In this document: piece by piece, positions 59,640 through 64,000 of the stretch
How the letters are laid out: every line of letters starts with the position of its first letter
Position numbering within the stretch: position 1 is the stretch's first letter
NCBI GenBank assembly: GCA_965246715.1
Contig: CBDFFH010000020.1
Coordinates: 197,726-261,725, forward strand
Source of the DNA: Chamaesiphon sp.
Lineage (GTDB): Bacteria; Cyanobacteriota; Cyanobacteriia; Cyanobacteriales; Chamaesiphonaceae
Reading direction: 5' to 3'
Length of the DNA stretch: 64,000 bases
Notes under the pieces: generated by a model
What the model saw: only the letters and a program-made list of their open reading frames with translations
What the model was told of the DNA's origin: nothing
The model's database searches: none
Program-made: the position numbers and the translations under genes

Positions 59640-62067
59640 GTGCGCCGTGGTACGCACTGATTGAATTGCCAACTCAGTTGGCTGGAGTTCAGGGTAACTG
59701 ACTCCAAGGCGAACAACTTACCTAAACCCGAAAGGGCAAGGGGACAAGAGCATGTTCGTAAAGCGGAGAATAACAGAAAACGTGTATGTTATGGCTCTGC
59801 AACGCCTGAACGATATGGTTAAAGCTAAACTGCCTGAACCCCAATATCCAGAGGTGGAACTGCACATCCTTCGGTATCACGTTTGTACACCGATGTCACT
59901 GGTAGCCATTAATTCAACTTTCGTTAATGGTACACCCTGACCAGTGAGCAATAAGTAATGAACTTATTCAAGGATATGAGTAGGAACCTAAGTCGTTCTT
60001 TATACGTTCATCAGTGACGGAACATGGGATTGCCTAAGGGACGCGAGTCCTATGGTGACGGAGTTCTAATAGTAGTCGTGGGAGTAACGCCCCACCAGGG
60101 CAAACGGGAGAGCCGTTTACATGGCGAAGTAGAACAGGTAATAAAGATGAAACAGAAATCGAGAGGTACGCGAGATGCGAACAGCCGAAACGATACTGAA
60201 CATCATACGTGAACGCGGACAACGTGGGTTGCCAGTAGAAGATTTGTATCGACTGCTATATCACCCAGATTTGTACTTACGCGCCTACGCCAAGCTGAAC
60301 AGCAACACAGGTGCAATGACACCCGGTGCTACAAAGGAAACGGTAGATGGAATGTCCCTGGAGAAAATTAATACCATCATTGAGGCTCTGAGATCTGAGC
60401 GTTATAGATGGACACCAGCGCGACGTACCTATATCCCGAAGAAAAACGGTAAATTACGACCCCTTGGTATGCCCTCTTGGTCTGATAAATTACTTCAAGA
60501 AGTAATTCGTTCGATACTAGAAGCTTACTATGAACCGCAATTTAGCGAACATTCTCACGGTTTCCGACCAAAGCGTGGATGTCACACAGCCTTGAAAGAA
60601 ATTACCCAAAAAGGTCGAGCTACAAAGTGGTTTATCGAAGGAGATATTAGTGCGTGTTTTGACAGAATAGACCATACTATTCTGGTGGAAATACTACAAG
60701 ATAAAATCCACGACAATCGCTTTATCCGACTAATTAAGGGTTTGCTTGATGCAGGCTACTTGGAAAACTGGAAATACAACTCCACATATAGCGGAGTTCC
60801 GCAGGGTGCAGTGGTAAGCCCAATACTTTCCAATTTGGTACTAGACAAACTGGACAAATACGTCGAATGCGAACTAATACCAGCATACACACGAGGTCTT
60901 AGAAGGATTGTTTACCCTCCGTACAGAGACTTAACTAAGGCTGCATCAATTGCCCGAAAAGCTGGAAAACTGGAAGCAGCACGGAAGCTGAACCAACAGG
61001 CACAGTCAATTCCGTCCCGTGACCCCAATGACCCAAACTTTCGTCGCCTTTGGTACACAAGGTATGCCGATGATTTCTTGTTAGGAGTAGTTGGTTCAAA
61101 ATCTGAAGCTGTGGAAATCAAACAGAAAATCGCCACGTTTTTACGTGATGAGTTAAAACTGGAACTCAGTGATGAAAAGACCCTCATCAGCCATGCAAGG
61201 GATGAGGCTGCTAAATTCCTGGGGTACGAAATTCACATCCTACATGCCGATGATAAACATGACCATCGTGGTCAAAGATGTATCAACGGTAGCGTGGGGC
61301 TAAGGGTGCCCAAAAGCGTTATTAAAGACCATTGTCTTAAATACATGCGCTCTGGAAAACCAATACACCTGACACAAAGGGTCAACGATGATGCCTACAG
61401 CATAGTTAGCCAATATCAAGCGGAGTATCGAGGAGTAGTCCAATACTACCGTATGGCTTATAACCTCCACACGCTATCCTTACTTAAACGAGTTACAGAG
61501 CTTTCCCTCGTAAAAACTTTGGCAAAGAAGTTTAAAACCACTTGCCAGAAAATTTACAAGCGATATCGTGCAACCATTGATACAAAGGATGGCACTTATC
61601 GGGTGCTACAAGTAACAGTGGAACGTGATGGAAAATTACCTCTGAAAACTTATTTTGGTGGAGTTTCTTTGCAGTGGAACAAGTGGGTCGAAATTGATGA
61701 TAATCAGGCAAATCATATCTGGAACGGACGTAGTGAAGTCGTTCAACGCCTTTTAGCCCAAGAATGTGAAATTTGTGGAGCAACGGACAATATTGAAGTC
61801 CATCATATTCGCAAATTAGCAGATATTAAGCAACAAGGATGCAAAGAACGTCCAGAATGGATGAAGAAAATGTCGGCACGTAGACGTAAAACTTTAGTAG
61901 TTTGCCGTCAATGCCACGAGAAAATTCAATATGGTCGCTACGATGGTGAAGCCTTCAAACGTAAAAATTACCGGAAAGCTACGTGATACGGAAACGGTCA
62001 TGCGTAGTTTGGAGGGGGGTGGTTGGAAAAGTACCAGTAATGGTAACTCGCTGGCTACCTACCCTAC
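59640..62067 (+). mobile_element. Inner group II intron with IEP, inserted in domain V of the outer intron
   Basis: Starts GTGCG; own DV AAGCTACGTGATACGGAAACGGTCATGCGTAGTTT; ends CCTACCCTAC. Confidence 0.92.
60175..61986 (+). CDS. ltrA: Group II intron reverse transcriptase/maturase with HNH endonuclease
   Basis: RPLGMP, GFRP, EGDI, GVPQG, YADD; C-terminal CEICG...EVHH...CRQCH. Confidence 0.96.
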   Translation: MRTAETILNIIRERGQRGLPVEDLYRLLYHPDLYLRAYAKLNSNTGAMTPGATKETVDGMSLEKINTIIEALRSERYRWTPARRTYIPKKNGKLRPLGMPSWSDKLLQEVIRSILEAYYEPQFSEHSHGFRPKRGCHTALKEITQKGRATKWFIEGDISACFDRIDHTILVEILQDKIHDNRFIRLIKGLLDAGYLENWKYNSTYSGVPQGAVVSPILSNLVLDKLDKYVECELIPAYTRGLRRIVYPPYRDLTKAASIARKAGKLEAARKLNQQAQSIPSRDPNDPNFRRLWYTRYADDFLLGVVGSKSEAVEIKQKIATFLRDELKLELSDEKTLISHARDEAAKFLGYEIHILHADDKHDHRGQRCINGSVGLRVPKSVIKDHCLKYMRSGKPIHLTQRVNDDAYSIVSQYQAEYRGVVQYYRMAYNLHTLSLLKRVTELSLVKTLAKKFKTTCQKIYKRYRATIDTKDGTYRVLQVTVERDGKLPLKTYFGGVSLQWNKWVEIDDNQANHIWNGRSEVVQRLLAQECEICGATDNIEVHHIRKLADIKQQGCKERPEWMKKMSARRRKTLVVCRQCHEKIQYGRYDGEAFKRKNYRKAT

Positions 62068-62174
62068 TGCAAGCTCGGTACTGTGGAGGGGAAAACCCGT
62101 AAGGGTTTACCTATTCCGGCGGGTATAAGGGGTTGGCGTATTTCTTCCTCCCCCACTCCCCCACTCCCCGATTC

Positions 62175-63422
62175 CTAACTCTTCGGCTTAACCACACCCA
62201 CCATCCCCTGGATGATGGAGTTAGTATTCTGCACTTCATCGGTCAATCGCTGACTCGCCCGATCTTCGGTTTCTTGGTGGCGAATTCGCGCTGCTGCATC
62301 GGTTGATGCTTGCGAAAGTTGGGCGGCAGTCAAGGTTCTTTGCTCGGCGGCAATGCGGACGCTTTCGGCACTAATCGCACCGTGTTGTCCGAGCTGTTGG
62401 CTGATGGCATTCAATTGGTCGAGCGAGTTATCGTAGGTTTGCGCTGCCTGATATTGCATTCCTGCTGCATTTAACCCAGATCCCAAGACTCGGCTTCTGA
62501 GGGCTGCTTGACCGGAGACACCGTTAGCACTCTCGGCAATTACCTTGCTCGATGTGGCAGAGATCGCATCTAATTGAGTCAGCGATCCGTTGGCGGGATT
62601 GGTGTTGACGGCAATTTTTGCTACATCCTGCTGGGCCTGGGTATTCGTGACAGTACTAGAAATATCGCTAGCTGGTGTGGTGCTGGCGAGTGTGGTATTA
62701 ATGCTGCCGATATTGGGGTTGGCTTGCTTTGATAAAATGGTTGCCGCCTGGGTCGCACCTTTGCCGTAACTATCGGTTGTAGCCTCGATCGCGGTAGTTT
62801 GAGCCGCAGTTTGAGAGTTGGCATTGTTGGGATTACCACTATCCCCACCGCCGAAGAAACCCGCGATCGTTTTCCCAATCCCGCCTAATGGGTTTTTCGG
62901 ATCGTTCATCATCTCGGTAAATTTAGTCGTGGCGATTTTACTTAAATCGCCAATCCCCGCCGCGATTTTTTGTTGCATCAGTCCGTTTGCCATCCCACCG
63001 ACAAAGGGGATCTTGTTTAATGTGGCACTAATTCCGGCTGTCTGTTGGTTTGCTGCGGTGGTGAGCGTTCGATCGCCAGATTGAATCGCGCCAGTTCCGG
63101 CATTGGTGACAGTCGTAGTCACGATCCCTTGAGCCGCCGTTCCTACTGTCGTTCCCACCTCTGGAGGGATGATGCCGCCGTTAGTTGATGGTTTTGTGGT
63201 TGCTGTTGGTGCAGTTACTGTGGGTGTGACTGTGGTTGAATTTGGTACGGTCGTCCCATTTACAACGGTTGTCGTGTTTTGGGTTGGGATAGGAACTTTA
63301 ATGCCATCGATCTCAACGGTTTGAGTAGTGGTAGTTGTGACGCTACCCGTCGCCGCTGCCGATCGAATGGTGCCCAGCAGGGTTAGCGCGGACATAACGA
63401 TCGAAAGTAGTCGTTTGTTCAT
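62175..63422 (-). CDS. Secreted Thr/Ala-rich conjugation protein (VirB5/TrbJ-like position)
   Basis: Signal peptide, low-complexity N-terminal half, helical C-terminus; lies between virB4-like and virB6-like genes. Confidence 0.55.
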   Translation of the reverse strand: MNKRLLSIVMSALTLLGTIRSAAATGSVTTTTTQTVEIDGIKVPIPTQNTTTVVNGTTVPNSTTVTPTVTAPTATTKPSTNGGIIPPEVGTTVGTAAQGIVTTTVTNAGTGAIQSGDRTLTTAANQQTAGISATLNKIPFVGGMANGLMQQKIAAGIGDLSKIATTKFTEMMNDPKNPLGGIGKTIAGFFGGGDSGNPNNANSQTAAQTTAIEATTDSYGKGATQAATILSKQANPNIGSINTTLASTTPASDISSTVTNTQAQQDVAKIAVNTNPANGSLTQLDAISATSSKVIAESANGVSGQAALRSRVLGSGLNAAGMQYQAAQTYDNSLDQLNAISQQLGQHGAISAESVRIAAEQRTLTAAQLSQASTDAAARIRHQETEDRASQRLTDEVQNTNSIIQGMVGVVKPKS

Positions 63423-63436
63423 TGATGTTGTGCGAT

Positions 63437-64000
63437 TTATGCAGGTAGTAATTCCGAAGCGTACCGAGCCAACCCGATAATTGGATGCTCGGCTTGCTCC
63501 AGCAGGGCTTGACGGCGTTCGACTTCATGGACGTTATTGACAACAGCCGCCAAGGTGCCAGAGCTAGCATAGATTCTCGCCCAGGTAAAACTCCGTCCAT
63601 CTAACATCAACCAGTTAGAGTAGCCCCAACCAGTATTTGGAACGTAGGCTGCGGTGAGATTGGGAGCGAGTAACTCCAAGGGAATCTTCATCACTTCGGA
63701 AATCGTATCTACCGCTTCTGGCTGAACCCGCCCGACTAACTTGATATCGCAGTTAGCGAGGATCTGTTCCCCACCAGCGCAGGTCTTAATTGAGTGAACT
63801 TCCTGTGCGGCGAGCATTACTCTGATCCCTGCTTTGGCGGCAATTGCCAACAGCCTGCCAATCATTAACGCTAGGGCAGGGAATTTGAGTAGGGCCGCTG
63901 CTTCATCTAAAAATAGTACCGATTTAGGATTGCTGTAAGCTCGCCGGATCGCCGTAGCATAAGCCACCGTCGCTAAGATCGCCATGTCCTCGGCGTTGGC
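63437..64000 (-). CDS. VirB4-like conjugative ATPase, C-terminal part (partial)
   Basis: LFLDEAA Walker B, AAKAGIRVMLAAQ, ILANC; probably continues beyond the window. Confidence 0.75.
   Translation of the reverse strand, partial: ANAEDMAILATVAYATAIRRAYSNPKSVLFLDEAAALLKFPALALMIGRLLAIAAKAGIRVMLAAQEVHSIKTCAGGEQILANCDIKLVGRVQPEAVDTISEVMKIPLELLAPNLTAAYVPNTGWGYSNWLMLDGRSFTWARIYASSGTLAAVVNNVHEVERRQALLEQAEHPIIGLARYASELLPA

Larger units (their letters stand above)
58886..62120 (+). mobile_element. Outer ORF-less group II intron (about 0.8 kb without the inner intron)
   Basis: 5' TTGCG; EBS1 TTTACC (59165-70) pairs with IBS1 GGTAAA; EBS2 TTTCCC (59093-98) pairs with GGGAAG; split DV GAGCCGAGTGCTTGGAAACT|TGCAAGCTCGGTAC; DVI ends CCTATTCCGGC. 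Confidence 0.85.
37113..62174. repeat. Dispersed STRR-type heptamer tracts (GGGTAAA, CCCCACT, CCCCAACA, CCCGACA variants)
   Basis: Tracts at about 37113-37143, 38415-38578, 41467-41498, 41938-42060, 43732-43876, 49885-49918, 50700-50850, 58820-58885 and 62146-62174. Confidence 0.85.

Noticed and set aside
59331..60222. Short ORFs within 59.3-60.2 kb
   Set aside because: They overlap structured intron RNA domains and show no protein motifs
60175..61986. RT as a DGR, retron or CRISPR-associated RT acting on the TPR repeats or the array
   Set aside because: It has maturase and HNH domains and lies within full group II intron boundaries; no TR/VR pair or Cas1 fusion was seen
1..64000. tRNA, rRNA, relaxase/oriT or replication initiator
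   Set aside because: None recognisable by eye; plasmid versus ICE status cannot be settled from this window

Overview
Cyanobacterial DNA with very frequent CGATCG (HIP1-core) sites; this pattern suggests a Chamaesiphon-like host, which is an inference. It is most likely part of a large conjugative plasmid or ICE. (1) 1-21 kb is a secreted-protein and signalling cluster: three tandem-trypsin+TPR paralogues, three COP23-like proteins, CHAT, DUF1822, a sigma-70-like protein, glutaminase, aspartoacylase and two LysR regulators. (2) 21-31 kb is a type I-C-like CRISPR-Cas locus without adaptation genes: cas5-cas8c-cas7 divergent from cas3, a ~55-repeat array, and several stray degenerate repeats. 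One of these forms a mini-array whose guide matches the cas5 promoter next to a TTC PAM. (3) 31.7-37.1 kb encodes a ~1790-aa two-barrel (YonO/RdRP-like, ADFDGD) RNA polymerase with a C-terminal SLOG-like domain, split by one frameshift. An old CRISPR spacer matches a homologue of this gene. (4) 37-64 kb is a partly decayed type IV secretion/conjugation region with ISL3, ISAs1, toxin-antitoxin-like cargo, 22-24-nt insertions into CGATCG sites, and a group II twintron whose inner intron sits inside domain V of the outer one. All calls come from reading motifs by eye; no database searches were run.
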